Source of the DNA: an uncultured Chloroflexia bacterium
Lineage (GTDB): Bacteria > Chloroflexota > Anaerolineae > Promineifilales > UBA4811
NCBI GenBank assembly: GCA_963695825.1
Contig: CAVOHX010000009.1
Location: forward strand, 1,292-65,291
Direction of reading: 5' to 3'
DNA length: 64,000 nt
Both the position numbers and the translations under genes were made by a program. Positions 1 through 10,225 of the stretch are shown in pieces (position 1 is the first letter of the stretch; every line of letters begins with the position of its first letter). The notes beneath the pieces are model-generated. The model ran no database searches. It was not told the origin of the DNA and saw only the letters and a program-made list of their open reading frames with translations.

Positions 1-2011
1 TCTCCTCCGTGGGGATTTCAACATGGCTGTCGTCCCGAACCGCCAGCAACCGAATCGCCGCGCCTTCCCATTCCTCGTTGCGGGTGATCAGATAAGCCAA
101 AAGAAGCATGAGGTTGCCGGTGGCGTCATCCTGCCACCAGACATCGATCCGGCGCTTTCCGGCCGGTATTTCCGTCAAATCATTCCATTCCGCGGACGTA
201 GCATCCATGATGATCAGGTTACAACCGAATCGATACGCCTCCCTGAGGCTGCGGCCGTAAACCGCAGCCATGTAATGCTCCGGGGAATCGGGGTTGTCGT
301 TGATCCAGTTCAGCAGCACGGTATTGGCATGCAGCGGACCGATCCCGAAGGACTGCACCAGCACCTGGACGGCATCTTTGCGGTCGCCGGCCAGCACAAC
401 CAAAGGAAAAGCCTCGAGGCCGCTTTGGCGGATGTCGGCCTTCAATTCATCTTCAGCGGTTTGCTTCTCCCTGCGCAGCCGGGCCGTCTGACCGGTGAGT
501 ATTCTCACTGCGGCCGTAAACCCGCTTCGCCCCTGGATCCAGGCGGCAAAACGCAGCAGAGCCTGTCGTTGTTCGGACTCATCGGCAAAAACCAGCATCT
601 GCGGCCGCCAATAGCGGGAGTGTTCGGGTTCTGCAGCCGCTTCCAGAAGGTGCACCCGAATTCTCTGCATGTGATACGATCGTCGGCTGTCGGCCCAGCG
701 CGGTGACTTGGCTTTTTGCTTCAGGTAAAGATAGATGGCATACAGGATGACCAGCGCCGCTCCGCCGGGCAGCGGATCGATCGCCAGCATGGCGCCTAAA
801 CAGGCCAGGGCGCCCACCAGGCTGGCGCGGGCATCGAACCAGCGAAACCGCGGGCGGAAGGAGGGGCTTTCCGAGCGGGCTTCGTAAAAGGTGGCGTAGT
901 TGAGCAGGCCGTAGGAGATGAGAAAGAACATCGAGACCAGGGGGGCGATCAGGTTCAGCTGCCCGATGCCGATGGTCCCGAAGGCAATGGCGGTCGACAG
1001 GAGCACCCCGCGCCGGGGGTTGTTCGCCGGGCCGTGGCCCTTGGCAAACGGGTTCAGAAAAGGAAAGATACGATCGGCGGCCAGGGACTGCAATATTCGG
1101 GGGGCACCGAGATAAGACGCCATGGCCGAGGAAAGCGTGGCGGCAATCACGCCGGCTGTGATCAGTCCGCGGAAAAGGGCCACGCTGCCCATGGCGCCGT
1201 AATCTTGAGCCAGGGTTTTCTGGGGCAAGGCGGCGGCCAGCAAATAATGCCGACAATGAAGTAAACGACGATTGACAGGCCCACGGCCGCAAATGTGCCC
1301 AGCGGTAGACTGCGCCCGGGGTCTTTCAGGTCCCCGGACATGCTCACCCCCTGGGTGAAGCCGGTGACCGCCGGGAAGAAAATGGCAAAGATCACCCAGA
1401 ACGGCCGGACCGTTTGTCGGGGCCGACCAGTTGGCGGCCAGAAGCGTTCCGTCCCAGCGCCCGATGCCGCCGACGAAAAAGGAAGCCAGGGCGGCCCCCA
1501 GAATCGCCATCACCACATACTGGAAACGGGTGGCCCAATCCGCACCCAACCAGGCGAAGATGAACAGGAATGCCACCGCGGCGGCGGCAACGATCTGGGG
1601 CATGTAGGGCCATACGGCTGCCGATCAGCTCGGCAACGACTTCCCCGAAGCCGATGCAGTAGAACGCGATCGACACCGACTGGGCCAGATAGAGCACGAT
1701 GCCGATGGAGCCGCCGAACTTGCAGCCCGAGGGTGCGGGATATCAGGTAGTAGTCGCCGCCGCCCTTGACCCGCAGGTTGGTGGCGATGGCCGACAGCGA
1801 AAACGAGGTCAGCACCGATATGCCGTTGGCCAGAGCCAGAGATCAACAGCGCCCGCCCGAGTCCGGCGCTGCCCACCACGAACCCGAGGCGCAGAAAGAG
1901 AATGATGCCGAGGATGGTCAGGATGCTGGGAGTGAACACGCCGGCGAAGGTGCCGAGCGTGCCGGTCGGCTGTTTCTTGAGGTTTGATTTGGTATACTCG
2001 GATTTCGTCAT
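1..2011 (-). pseudogene. SLC12/APC-superfamily cation:chloride-cotransporter-like permease. The 3' end lies beyond the window and the N-terminal third is broken by at least 5 frameshifts.
   Basis: Minus-strand start is MTKSEYTKSNLKKQPTGTLGTFAGVFTPSILTILGIILFLRLGFVVGSAGLGRALLI. Consecutive pieces follow in different frames: LTSFSLSAIATNLRVKGGGDYYLISRTLG, LYLAQSVSIAFYCIGFGEVVAELIGS, IFAIFFPAVTGFTQGVSMSGDLKDPGRSLPLGTFAAVGLS. From ~1150 one unbroken frame runs to the window edge (VIAATLSSAMASYLGAPRILQSLAADRIFPFLNPFAKGHGPANNPRRGVLLS...). Confidence 0.75.
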
Positions 2012-2687
2012 TGACGTTAAACAGTTATTCCCCTATGCAGGCCTTCGGCCGTAACCAAATCAGCGTTCAGCGCCGCCTCTGGCCGTGAGCGACCACTCTG
2101 ATCAAGAAAGAAACTGTGCCATTTAGGCGTAGTTTCATACGAGGTTTCAGGTTTCGGGTTTCAGGATTTGGGGTTTGCTGACACGTGAAACCGATAACCC
2201 CATTCCCGATGAATCAAGTGGTTTCTCTTTAATAACACATCTTCGCATCTTGCGGAGAAGTGACGATCTGAGACTCTAAACATGAAACCGGACAGCCTCG
2301 CCCAACAGAGGCAATTTCATCACACGGTATTTAACGAATATAGCAGGTTCATTCTAAACCAATAAACAATATATGACACTCAATATCAATAGCTAAAACA
2401 GGCCAGTGGTTTATACAAGCGCTGCCTGCCCCCCCTCGATCCACCCCCATAATGGGTTCAAGGGCTCAGTTCCCTGGCGGGAATCTCTTGCGGATCGGCG
2501 GCCGAAGAGGGACCCCTGTCCCCGCCTTCGGATAGGCGTGTGCCCACCAAAATTGATTGTCGGATATTTTACAGCCCGTTGGAGGGGTGTCTCTTCCGGC
2601 TTTGTTTGAAACGAACCTTTGCCACCAGTTCCATTTCGATATATACCACACGAAAAACATTGCCCCTTACCTGCAGGGTTGGAATTT

Positions 2688-3939
2688 ATGAAACTGTTCA
2701 ACATCCTGGCCGTCTTGATCACGCTTTCGGCCGTGTTCAGCTACATCAACTACCGTTTCATCAAGCTGCCCACTACCATCGGGGTGATGGCCATCTCGCT
2801 TGTGGGATCGCTGGGGATCACATTGCTGGGTCCTCTGGGATTCGGCCTGGAGGAAGATGCGCTGAGACTGATCGACAGCATCGATTTTGATGAGACCCTT
2901 TTGCACGGCATGTTGAGCTTTCTGCTGTTTGCCGGGGCACTGCACATCGACCTGGACCGCCTGGCACACCAGAAGTGGATCATCGGCACGCTGGCCACCG
3001 TGGGAACGATCGGTTCGACGTTTATCATCGGAACCCTGGCCTGGCTCGTACTGGACTGGCTGAACATCGGGCTGCCGCTGATGCACTGCCTGCTGTTCGG
3101 CGCGCTGATCTCCCCCACCGACCCGATCGCCGTGCTCGGCATCCTGAAAAAAGCCGGGGTGCCGGAAAGCCTGGAAACCAAAATCAGCGGTGAGTCCCTG
3201 TTCAACGACGGGGTGGCAGTCGTGGTGTTTCTGGTGTTGCTGCATATCGCCGCAGGCGGACACGACATTACGGCAGGGACGGTGGCATGGCTGTTTGCCA
3301 AGGAGACGCTGGGGGGAATTGTCTACGGACTGATCATCGGAGGTGATCGCATACGGCATGCTGAAAAGCGTCGACAATTACCAGGTGGAAGTATTGATCA
3401 CCCTGGCGCTGGTGGCCGGCGGTTACGCCCTGGCGGACGCGCTGCATCTCTCCGGACCGATTGCCATCGTGGTGGCGGGCCTGCTGATTGGAAACCACGG
3501 CCGGCTCCTGGCGATGTCCGACCGCACGCGGAGCCACCTCGACACTTTCTGGGAGCTGGTGGACGAGGTGTTGAACGTGGTCCTGTTTGTGCTGATCGGC
3601 CTGGAAGTGCTGGTGCTTTCCTGGAACCAGAGCTACCTGATTGCCAGCGTGCTGATGATCCCGCTGCTGCTGCTGTCACGCTTCGTGAGTGTGGCCGTGC
3701 CCATTGTGATCATGCGGCGCTTTCGCACGTTCAGTCCGAGTGTCATCAAAATTCTCACATGGGGAGGCCTGCGCGGCGGCATATCGGTCGCCATGGCATT
3801 GTCGCTGCCGCCGGGTCGTCACCGCGACATCATCCTGACCATCACCTATGCAGTGGTGGTATTCTCCATCATCGTCCAGGGATTGACGGTCGGCAAGCTC
3901 GTCGAGCCCGCCGCACCAACAACGGAGAAGACCACCTGA
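2688..3939 (+). CDS. Na+/H+ antiporter, CPA1 (NhaP-type), with one apparent frameshift near 3335-3345
   Basis: ATG at 2688 (MKLFNILAVLITLSAVFSYINYRF...). Multi-TM with motifs FGALISPTDPIAVLGILK and GESLFNDGVAVV. The frame ends at ...GLIIGG and continues in the frame of ORF 3343..3939 (IAYGMLKSVDNYQVEVLITLALVAGGYALAD...TWGGLRGGISVAMALSLP). Confidence 0.8.
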
Positions 3940-4224
3940 ATGGCATAGGAAGGAAAAACGGTCAGATCAGCTGGTTTCAGCGAGAGCAGATAGGCGGGGG
4001 TGTCGGTGAAGTGGAAGTCGTAGCGGTCGTAGATCTCTAAAACAGGAGAGATGGGATATTATCGGCTTTCCCGGAGGGTAAACAACACGGTAAAAAAAGC
4101 CACCATCACTGGAGATAACCATGAGGTGTGTCTGGTTGGTTAATCAACAATCAAGATTTGATATCCAATTTAAGCTTTATAAATATCTGCCATCGTTAAT
4201 CTCTCTACTCCAACTGGAAGGTCA

Positions 4225-4428
4225 CTAATCGGAGAAGCGTGCCACCAACGCTTCCAGATAACGCGATTTGACCTGCTTGGTGGCCATGGCTTTATCTACA
4301 GCAGGCAACCGCAGGATCGCGCCAAGCACAGCCGCCAGCGCCCGATGGTGCCACAGTACCCGGTTGTCGAAGATCAGGTTCTGCAGCTTGCCGCGCTGGT
4401 AGGCAGATTGGGCGGCGATGTGGGCCAT
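4225..4428 (-). CDS. Hypothetical 67-aa protein just downstream of the radical SAM gene
   Basis: ORF with a good SD (AGGAGAAAAAC-ATG on the minus strand), co-oriented with the upstream gene. No recognisable motif. Confidence 0.35.
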   Translation of the reverse strand: MAHIAAQSAYQRGKLQNLIFDNRVLWHHRALAAVLGAILRLPAVDKAMATKQVKSRYLEALVARFSD

Positions 4429-4504
4429 GTTTTTCTCCTAACTTGTGCCCATCCGCGGTTTCATTATAGTCACTGATCAGTTTCCGATCCGGAAATGCAG
4501 CGTG

Positions 4505-5426
4505 CTATTGGGTCCCGATAAAGAAAGGTCGAAAGTGGCCTGGGTCCCATTTCAAGGCCTGGTCGATCTCACCGAGAAGCCGACCCTTGTCTGCGGGCAA
4601 ATTCCCCGACAGATCCAGGTAGTTGGTGTAATGATCGCTGGTAATGACGGTTCGGCACCCAATGTTTTCTATCAGCAGTCTTGTTTCCTTCAAAACCTGT
4701 TGGGGTGAAAGGAGTGTAAACCGGTCTTTTTTGATCTCGTGCAATAAAAGGGTATTGATTTTGGGGACCAGAGTTCGCAGCCGCACAAAATCCGGTTCAA
4801 TTTCGGTGAGCGCCGCGGCGGAGTTCAATGCATGCATTTCCGACCTTCCAACGCCTCCCAGCCCGAGGATGACATATTCGCTGAGCTGCATCCCCGCAGC
4901 TTTTACCATCTTGCCTGCTCTAATCTGTTCTGCGGCGTTGGTTCCTTTCTTCACCCTTTTCAGGATGTCATCGTCACCGCTTTCGAGCCCCACGTGAATT
5001 CGACCCAGGCCGGCTTTCCGGAGCGCGGCCAGGTCGACCGGTCCCTTTTTGGCAATGTACTGGGAAGACCCATATACGGTGATCCTTTGAAGGTCCTTAA
5101 ATTTCGCCATGCTGTAACGGCAGATAGCGGCGAGATCCCGGGTCGGCATGGCAATGGAATTGCCGGCCGGGAAAAAGAGAGAGGTCACTTTTCCCGTAGA
5201 GATCACACGCCTCATCGATGTCCTCGCAAATTTCTGTCACAGGCCTTACCCGGTAGGACGGTCCTTTCTTGTAAACCATACAGAAGGTGCACTTGTTGTG
5301 CGGACATCCCACCGTGGCCTGAATCAACAGGCTGTTGGCCTCACTCGGTGGCCGGTATATAGGGCCTTCATAATGCAAGAGATAATTTCCTTGAAAGGCA
5401 GTAGGTTTGCTCGGTACGGTATGCAA
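4505..5426 (-). CDS. Radical SAM protein with one apparent frameshift near 5200-5215
   Basis: The N-terminal ORF 5097..5426 carries GPIYRPPSEANSLLIQATVGCPHNKCTFC (CxxxCxxC cluster). The rest is in ORF 4505..5215 (…VYGSSQYIAKKGPVDLAALRKAGLGRIHVGLESGDDDILKRVKKG…), in another frame. Confidence 0.7.
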
Positions 5427-5626
5427 AATGAAGATATCTCAAAACGTCGCGAACCTGATCCATCAATTTGAGTTATGAATTTGGCCTAAATTTTGACTTG
5501 TTTTTCATATCCAACTCTATAATGATAGAATAAATGGAAAAATGGAAGATAAAAAATCACAGCTGGGGAAGATAGGGACGTTGTTTCTTTGTTGATAAGT
5601 GTGCACGAATCCCGTAATTGAAACGT

Positions 5627-5911
5627 ATGCCCCGCCAAGCCCGCATAGACGCAGCCGGTGCCTTGCACCATATCGTCATTCGAGGAATAGAACGTAAAGC
5701 GATTTTCGAAGATGACTAAGACCGGGAGGAATTTCTCGAAAGGCTGTCGCGTTTGCTACAGGAGATGGATACGCCATACTACGCATGGGCTATGATGACC
5801 AACCACGTGCATCTGTTTTTGCGGACCGGAAATACTCCAATGGCAACCATTATGCGAAAGGTTCTTACTGGATACGTGGTGAGTTTCAACCGAGGGTATC
5901 GGGCTGAATGA
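5627..5911 (+). pseudogene. Relic of a Y1 (IS200/IS605-superfamily, REP-associated RayT-like) transposase, with an in-frame stop and C-terminal truncation
   Basis: My translation is MPRQARIDAAGALHHIVIRGIERKAIFEDD*DREEFLERLSRLLQEMDTPYYAWAMMTNHVHLFLRTGNTPMATIMRKVLTGYVVSFNRGYRAE*. The TAA lies at 5717-5719. The family normally continues with HRRHGHLFQNRYKS... for more than 100 further aa. Confidence 0.7.
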
Positions 5912-6030
5912 ATCTTCAGCCAGTCGGGCGGTAGGACGTGGTGAGAAACATGTTAATGACAGAAAGCCAAGACTGATTGAAGCATAATGCATTTATGCAT
6001 GGCCGTCCCTCGAATCCATGAAAGGTACTG

Positions 6031-6486
6031 ATGAAGAAGCTCACTTCTAAAACAACCTTCCTATACAAAAAACTCTTCCCATTCATATGGTTCGGGTTTC
6101 TAAGCATCTTTTTGTGTGTGGGGCTATTTGCGAACATCTTGGGAGATGGCCCTGGCATAATGTTTGTCGTGATTCCTATATGTATGATTGTTTTCGGCTA
6201 TTTTCTAATGAAAAAGCTCGTATGGGACCTGATTGATGAAGTTTATGACGAGGGTACAGCTCTGCTTTTTAGAAATAGAGGAAAGGAATTCCGGGTAAAC
6301 CTGAAGGATATAAAGAACGTCAGCTATGCAACAATGATAAATCCACCCAGGGTTACTTTGAGCATCCGTTACACAACTGAGTTAGGAGATGAACTTAGCT
6401 TCTCACCTCCTGCGAGTTGGATTCCATTTAAGAAGAATAAGGACATTGAGGTATTAATCGACCGTATAGATAAGGCGCGGGGCTAA
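6031..6486 (+). CDS. Hypothetical membrane protein (cassette ORF)
   Basis: 151-aa ORF with two predicted TM helices (FPFIWFGFLSIFLCVGLFANIL, IMFVVIPICMIVFGYFLM). Its stop codon lies inside the following attC R'' box. Confidence 0.55.
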   Translation: MKKLTSKTTFLYKKLFPFIWFGFLSIFLCVGLFANILGDGPGIMFVVIPICMIVFGYFLMKKLVWDLIDEVYDEGTALLFRNRGKEFRVNLKDIKNVSYATMINPPRVTLSIRYTTELGDELSFSPPASWIPFKKNKDIEVLIDRIDKARG

Positions 6487-6553
6487 CCTCGCGCTTTACT
6501 CGGACTGGTGCTCCGCTGCCGCCATGCACCAGCCGGTAAGCTTGGCGTTATGC
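6481..6553 (+). repeat. Integron attC site (cassette boundary)
   Basis: GGCTAAC ... GTTATGC. Internal arms CTCGCGCTTTACTCGGACTGGTGC and GCACCAGCCGGTAAGCTTGGCG pair imperfectly with bulges. Confidence 0.65.
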
Positions 6554-6577
6554 GCCTCATATTCCAAGGAAGAGATC

Positions 6578-7018
6578 ATGAAGATTTCAAGAGTTACAAT
6601 ATTTACGCTTGGTGTAGCCGATCTACGCAAGGCTACTGAATTTTATGAAGCTGTACTTGACACACCTCCAAACACATCCTCTGATGGCATCACCTTCATT
6701 GAGCTTCCGGGAGCTTGGATTTCTCTCTACCCAATTGAGAAACTGGCAGAAGACATATCTCCTGAGATTCCGATTGCTCGCGGTGGATTTAGTGGAGTCA
6801 CGTTTGCCCATAACACTCGCAACAAGGGCGATGTTATTGCCATAGTAAGACGTGCAGAGTCTGCTGGCGCCCGCGTCGTTAAAGAACCACAAGAAAAATT
6901 CTGGGGCGGTTTCAGTGGATACTTCGCCGATCTTGATGGCCATTACTGGGAAGTGGCTTGGGGACCAATGTTTGAGTTTACAGAAAGCGGTGAATTGAAA
7001 TTCAAAGGAAACGCATAA
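6578..7018 (+). CDS. VOC-family (glyoxalase/bleomycin-resistance fold) protein
   Basis: MKISRVTIFTLGVADLRKATEFYEAVL...FSGYFADLDGHYWEVAWGP. ATG at 6578 follows AGGAAG. The listed ORF start at 6524 lies inside the previous attC. Confidence 0.75.
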   Translation: MKISRVTIFTLGVADLRKATEFYEAVLDTPPNTSSDGITFIELPGAWISLYPIEKLAEDISPEIPIARGGFSGVTFAHNTRNKGDVIAIVRRAESAGARVVKEPQEKFWGGFSGYFADLDGHYWEVAWGPMFEFTESGELKFKGNA

Positions 7019-7072
7019 CAAGGCAAATTCAGCCGACGCAAAAAGCGGCGCGGCTGATTTGCAACGTTATGC
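7013..7072 (+). repeat. Integron attC site (60 bp, aadA-like type)
   Basis: GCATAAC-AAGGC-AAATTCAGCCGACGCAAAAAGCGGCGCGGCTGATTT-GCAAC-GTTATGC. R''/R' are perfectly complementary. Confidence 0.85.
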
Positions 7073-7102
7073 CCAATCTGAAAATAGAAAGAATTAAGTA
7101 GG

Positions 7103-7717
7103 ATGTTAAAGATAAAACGTAATGATAAATGCCCCTGTGGAAGCGGCAAAAAATACAAGAAGTGTTGTTATCTTGATTCAGATAAAAATGCTGAAATAAT
7201 AAGAGCAACATCTATTGCAAAAACGTATGAAGAAGCGTTTGCAATACTCTCTAAGCCAACGAAGATCTATCAAATAAAAATAGATCTAATTCGAATGGGA
7301 ATAGATGAGATTGAAGAAGAAATTTCAAGAATTATTGAAATTGAAGACAAACAAACTTTATATGATCTTCATATAAATATACAACATTTATTCGATTGGG
7401 ATAATGATCATATGTTCTCCTTCTATCTTGGTGAAGAATTGTTTGACAGGGATAATGAGTATTCATCAAATCCTCTTGGAGAACATATTGTTTCAAGTTA
7501 TGGGAAACAATCCAAGTCTGCTACTGAATACGAACTACGTGACTTGGATCTGCCAATGGGTTTTTCATTTTGGTATCTGTTCGATTTTGGAGACGAGTTG
7601 GTTCATAAAGTTACTGTAGAAAAAATTCGAGAAATAAAGCCAGAAGAAAGCGGGTTTCCAAAATTAATTGAAAGGAAAGGTAACGCTCCTCCTCAATATG
7701 GAGTATTTGAGGAGTAA
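7103..7717 (+). CDS. SEC-C-motif protein fused to a pRiA4b ORF-3-like domain
   Basis: The N-terminus is [22 protein letters not shown]. The C-terminal part has FSFWYLFDFGDELVHKVTVEKI, resembling the Y.YDFGD.W.H motif of the pRiA4b ORF-3 family. Confidence 0.65.
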   Translation: MLKIKRNDKCPCGSGKKYKKCCYLDSDKNAEIIRATSIAKTYEEAFAILSKPTKIYQIKIDLIRMGIDEIEEEISRIIEIEDKQTLYDLHINIQHLFDWDNDHMFSFYLGEELFDRDNEYSSNPLGEHIVSSYGKQSKSATEYELRDLDLPMGFSFWYLFDFGDELVHKVTVEKIREIKPEESGFPKLIERKGNAPPQYGVFEE

Positions 7718-7733
7718 TATAGGTCATAATGTG

Positions 7734-7865
7734 TCATAACAAGCGTTTTCACAACCGACCGGGCTATAGCGGTGCTTTTTTCAAATGTTGGTGAAGACCA
7801 AAATTTTTCTATTTTGCAAAAGTTGATGCTACGCCCCGCCCGGCGGGTGAAGCGCGCCGTTCTAC
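7734..7865 (+). repeat. Probable long attC site
   Basis: TCATAAC-AAGCGTTTTCAC ... GTGAAGCGCGCC-GTTCTAC. The 3' half GGTGAAGCGCGCCGTT matches the 3' halves of the sites at 15277 and 17100. The R' box is non-canonical. Confidence 0.4.
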
Positions 7866-7899
7866 ACCAAAATACTGAAAAAGCTAAAAACAAAGTATC

Positions 7900-8274
7900 A
7901 TGGCCAAGATAGGACGCAATAGCACATGCCCATGTGGTAGCGGAAAGAAATACAAACGTTGTTGTGAGAAAAAAGAAGCTGCGATGAAGCAGCGTGAGCT
8001 TCCACCTGGACGATTTCGCTACGAATCCGGCAGTTATGGAGGCCCTGGGCGAGGATACATGCCCTCCATTATTTGCTACAAAGAATCAAAGCCAAACTCA
8101 TGGAAGGAACATTTCTGTCTCGTAAAACCAGATGGCATTTTGAATGATGAAAATAAGGTTTCATCAATTGCGGAAAAGCATTTGGTGGCCGCGAAGGCAA
8201 TAATTGCCGCTGGAGGAGGCCCACAAGATTTCGCACTTAAACTGAGGTCCAGGACATCGATGACCCGATCCTAA
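7900..8274 (+). pseudogene. SEC-C-motif protein cassette gene, with its C-terminus interrupted by an IS at ~8247
   Basis: [31 protein letters not shown]... The reading frame runs into the IS terminal repeat (…ALKLRSRTSMTRS*). A possible displaced 3' end, GNHEGYKNVTDFRVVNE*, lies right after the IS (9603-9656). Confidence 0.6.
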
Positions 8275-9596
8275 CGGTAAAAAAGTCCAAGACATCGATG
8301 ACCCTTCCTTTGAATTGCTAATTTTTACGGTTGAATGCTGTAGTCAAAAGAACACACAAATTCATCTCCGAGATAGACTTGTAAAGTTCGAATCTCCGTA
8401 ACGAGAATGGCCTTCACATATGAGTAAATCAGATCTTTTGAAACTTTAAACTTTTCACCAAAAACATCGAGCATGCAATCGCTGCGAATAAATCGAATCA
8501 GGATGATATTGCCGTCAGGGACTTCTTCGATTTTTGGCAACTTGGTGTTTCCACCGAGCGTCTGCGGTGTGGACGATGACTGTTCGATTACCTCCAACGG
8601 GGTCTTGCCTTTCAGACAGCTGTACCGGTGATGTTTGTTATGAAAGCGCTGAAAGTTTTTGCTCTGTTGTTTTAAATGGTTGTAGCTGTTGAACCACTGA
8701 CGGCGGAAAAATTTCCGGTTGTATGTATCATTGAATTTTTCAATCACACCATTACGCCAGGGTTCCCCAATGGGGATAAAGACAGGCTGAACACCAAAGT
8801 GCAAACACAGCCTTATGACCAAACCGGGCGATCGGGGGTACCTGTTGCTGCCGCGAAAACTCAATTCATTGTCAAGTTGCAGAAAATCCGGCAGCCCAAC
8901 GGCTTTCCAGCATCGAAGCAAGCTGCAGGCAACCTGCTCATCATGTTTCGTACGCTGGGACTCGATGTAGACTTGGTGGCTGAACAAATCGATAATATTG
9001 AACGAATAAAATTTGCCGTCTCCCTTGATGTAGCGTGGCCCGACGAGGTCAGCCTGGTGAATGTTGTTGATGCCGAGCGCCTCGGTAAAATAGGGGTATT
9101 CAACGCCCTTGGGAATGTAAGGAGTTTTTTTTAATCAACCCTTCGGCCTTAAGCACCCTCTTGACGGTGCTGTCTGAGGGGAGCTTGCTGCCGACTTTGG
9201 CCAGTTCCCATTTTATGGCTGATGGGCCGATCTGGGCAAATTTATGGGACTCCAGCTGTCGTCGGGTCTCAATGATCCGTTTCTTGTCTGCTGCACTGAT
9301 CGACGCTGGTCGATTTACAGGCGCTCTGGATTTGCCCTTGAACCAATTCGGATCACCGGTTTGGAAGCGCTTTAGCCACTTGAAAAACCAGTTCTTAGAT
9401 CGATTGAGATCATCGTAAATGCTTTTAGGGTCCTCACCCTTTAAGTAGCGTTCGATAGCCGTTTTTCGTATCTCTCTTTCCATCTCGATACTCCTCTTAT
9501 TGTTTTTAAGAAGAGTATCAGAGATACGAAATTACTCAAACAGGGTCATCGATGTGATGAACCTTTTGACCGTTAAGGGTCATCGATGTCTTGGAC
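8247..9596 (-). mobile_element. Insertion sequence (~1.35 kb) with an rve-type DDE transposase and compound terminal inverted repeats
   Basis: Left end 8247-8305 reads GTCCAGGACATCGATGACCC-GATCC-TAACGGT-AAAAAA-GTCCAAGACATCGATGACCCT. It is the imperfect inverted copy of 9541-9596, and each end holds two ~21-bp subrepeats. A perfect 27-bp inverted match also links 8280-8306 with 9575-9601. No clear target-site duplication. Confidence 0.8.
8325..9483 (-). CDS. IS transposase (N-terminal HTH + rve/DDE core). The two frames are joined at an A8 run.
   Basis: ORF 9100..9483 begins MEREIRKTAIERYLKGEDPKS... The downstream frame reads KKTPYIPKGVEYPYFTEALGINNIHQADLVGPRY...LQLDNELSF...PWRNGVIEKFN, giving the D, D, E residues. 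That frame opens exactly at the A8 run (T8 at 9125-9132 on the + strand) and is +1 relative to the first. Confidence 0.8.
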
Positions 9597-9680
9597 TTTT
9601 TGGGTAATCATGAGGGTTATAAAAATGTTACCGATTTCCGTGTGGTGAATGAATAGCGAGGAAAATGTGTAGAACCAATC

Positions 9681-9730
9681 GCTTAACCTGCCCGGAAAAA
9701 TTATCCGTTTTTACGTAAAGGCAAGACTCT
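9681..9730 (+). repeat. Partial attC (5' half only) of the 13212/14044 type
   Basis: GCTTAAC-CTGCCCGG-AAAAATTATCCGTTTTTACGTAAAGG aligns with the 5' halves of the sites at 13212 and 14044. The CCGGCAGGTTAGC partner is missing. Confidence 0.4.
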
Positions 9731-9732
9731 CT

Positions 9733-10050
9733 GTGGGCAAAAAGGCTATCAGTGATTTTAGAAAACTGACTAAAGATCCAGAGCTGATCTCGGATTTGAT
9801 GTTAACTTTCGTTGAAAGTGTCTCTTGGTTTAGCACAGAATTTGGTCCTGACCGAGAAACTTTTTATTCGAGCCCCGAGAACGTGTTTGAAAAAGCTCTT
9901 GAATTAATGAAAAAAAACGATCTTCTTGGTAAATACAAATTACGAGCAAAGAAAATTGTAATGAACACTACCGATGGGTATGGATATCGAGATTCTTTAC
10001 ACGAAAAATACGAAGAAGCGTATATTGAAGTAATACAGAAACTTTGTTGA
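9733..10050 (+). CDS. Hypothetical protein (cassette ORF). The start is uncertain and it may be 5'-truncated.
   Basis: 105-aa ORF from a GTG with no SD, followed by an attC. No recognisable motif. Confidence 0.4.
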   Translation: MGKKAISDFRKLTKDPELISDLMLTFVESVSWFSTEFGPDRETFYSSPENVFEKALELMKKNDLLGKYKLRAKKIVMNTTDGYGYRDSLHEKYEEAYIEVIQKLC

Positions 10051-10097
10051 GTCTCGATTCTGTTTTGAAACGACAGGTCCCAAATGAGAATGAGGCC

Positions 10098-10199
10098 ACA
10101 TAACAAAAGCGTGGATCAGACGGTGTAAAGACAGCGGTTTTACGTCAAGGCCATGCAAACTTGGCATTTATTAAAACCGCTGCTCACGCTCGGTTAGCC
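10098..10199 (+). repeat. Integron attC site
   Basis: ACATAAC-AAAAGCGTGGATCAGACGGT ... ACCGCTGCTCACGCTCG-GTTAGCC, with imperfectly pairing arms. Confidence 0.65.
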
Positions 10200-10225
10200 A
10201 TTTCAAGTTATAAAAAAGGAATAAA

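Noticed and set aside
23-1292. ORFs 23..706(+) and 579..1292(-) at the left edge
   Set aside because: The true gene is the minus-strand SLC12-like frame that runs off the window and is therefore not listed in the track. These two ORFs are an antisense frame and an out-of-frame reading of it.
2141-2178. G/T-rich iterated motif (GGTTTCAGG TTTCGGG TTTCAGG ATTTGGGG TTTGC) in the 675-bp intergenic region
   Set aside because: It is short and irregular with only 3-4 units. No known regulatory or G-quadruplex spacing could be argued from the sequence alone.
3940-4100. Minus-strand protein-like fragment (…VLEIYDRYDFHFTDTPAYLLSLKPADLTVFPSYAIQ…)
   Set aside because: It has no start codon after the upstream TAA, it runs antisense into the 3' end of the antiporter gene, and no motif is recognised. 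It may be a gene remnant at the GC transition, but this is unsupported.
4225-4428. The 67-aa ORF as a precursor peptide of the neighbouring radical-SAM enzyme
   Set aside because: It lies downstream rather than upstream, has no Cys/Ser/Thr-rich core or Gly-Gly leader motif, and the evidence is limited to adjacency.
4000-6030. Search for an integron integrase (intI), attI and a Pc promoter left of the first cassette, and in 19254-19740 to the right
   Set aside because: No tyrosine-recombinase-like ORF or fragment is recognisable in any frame. Absence from the window does not prove absence from the genome.
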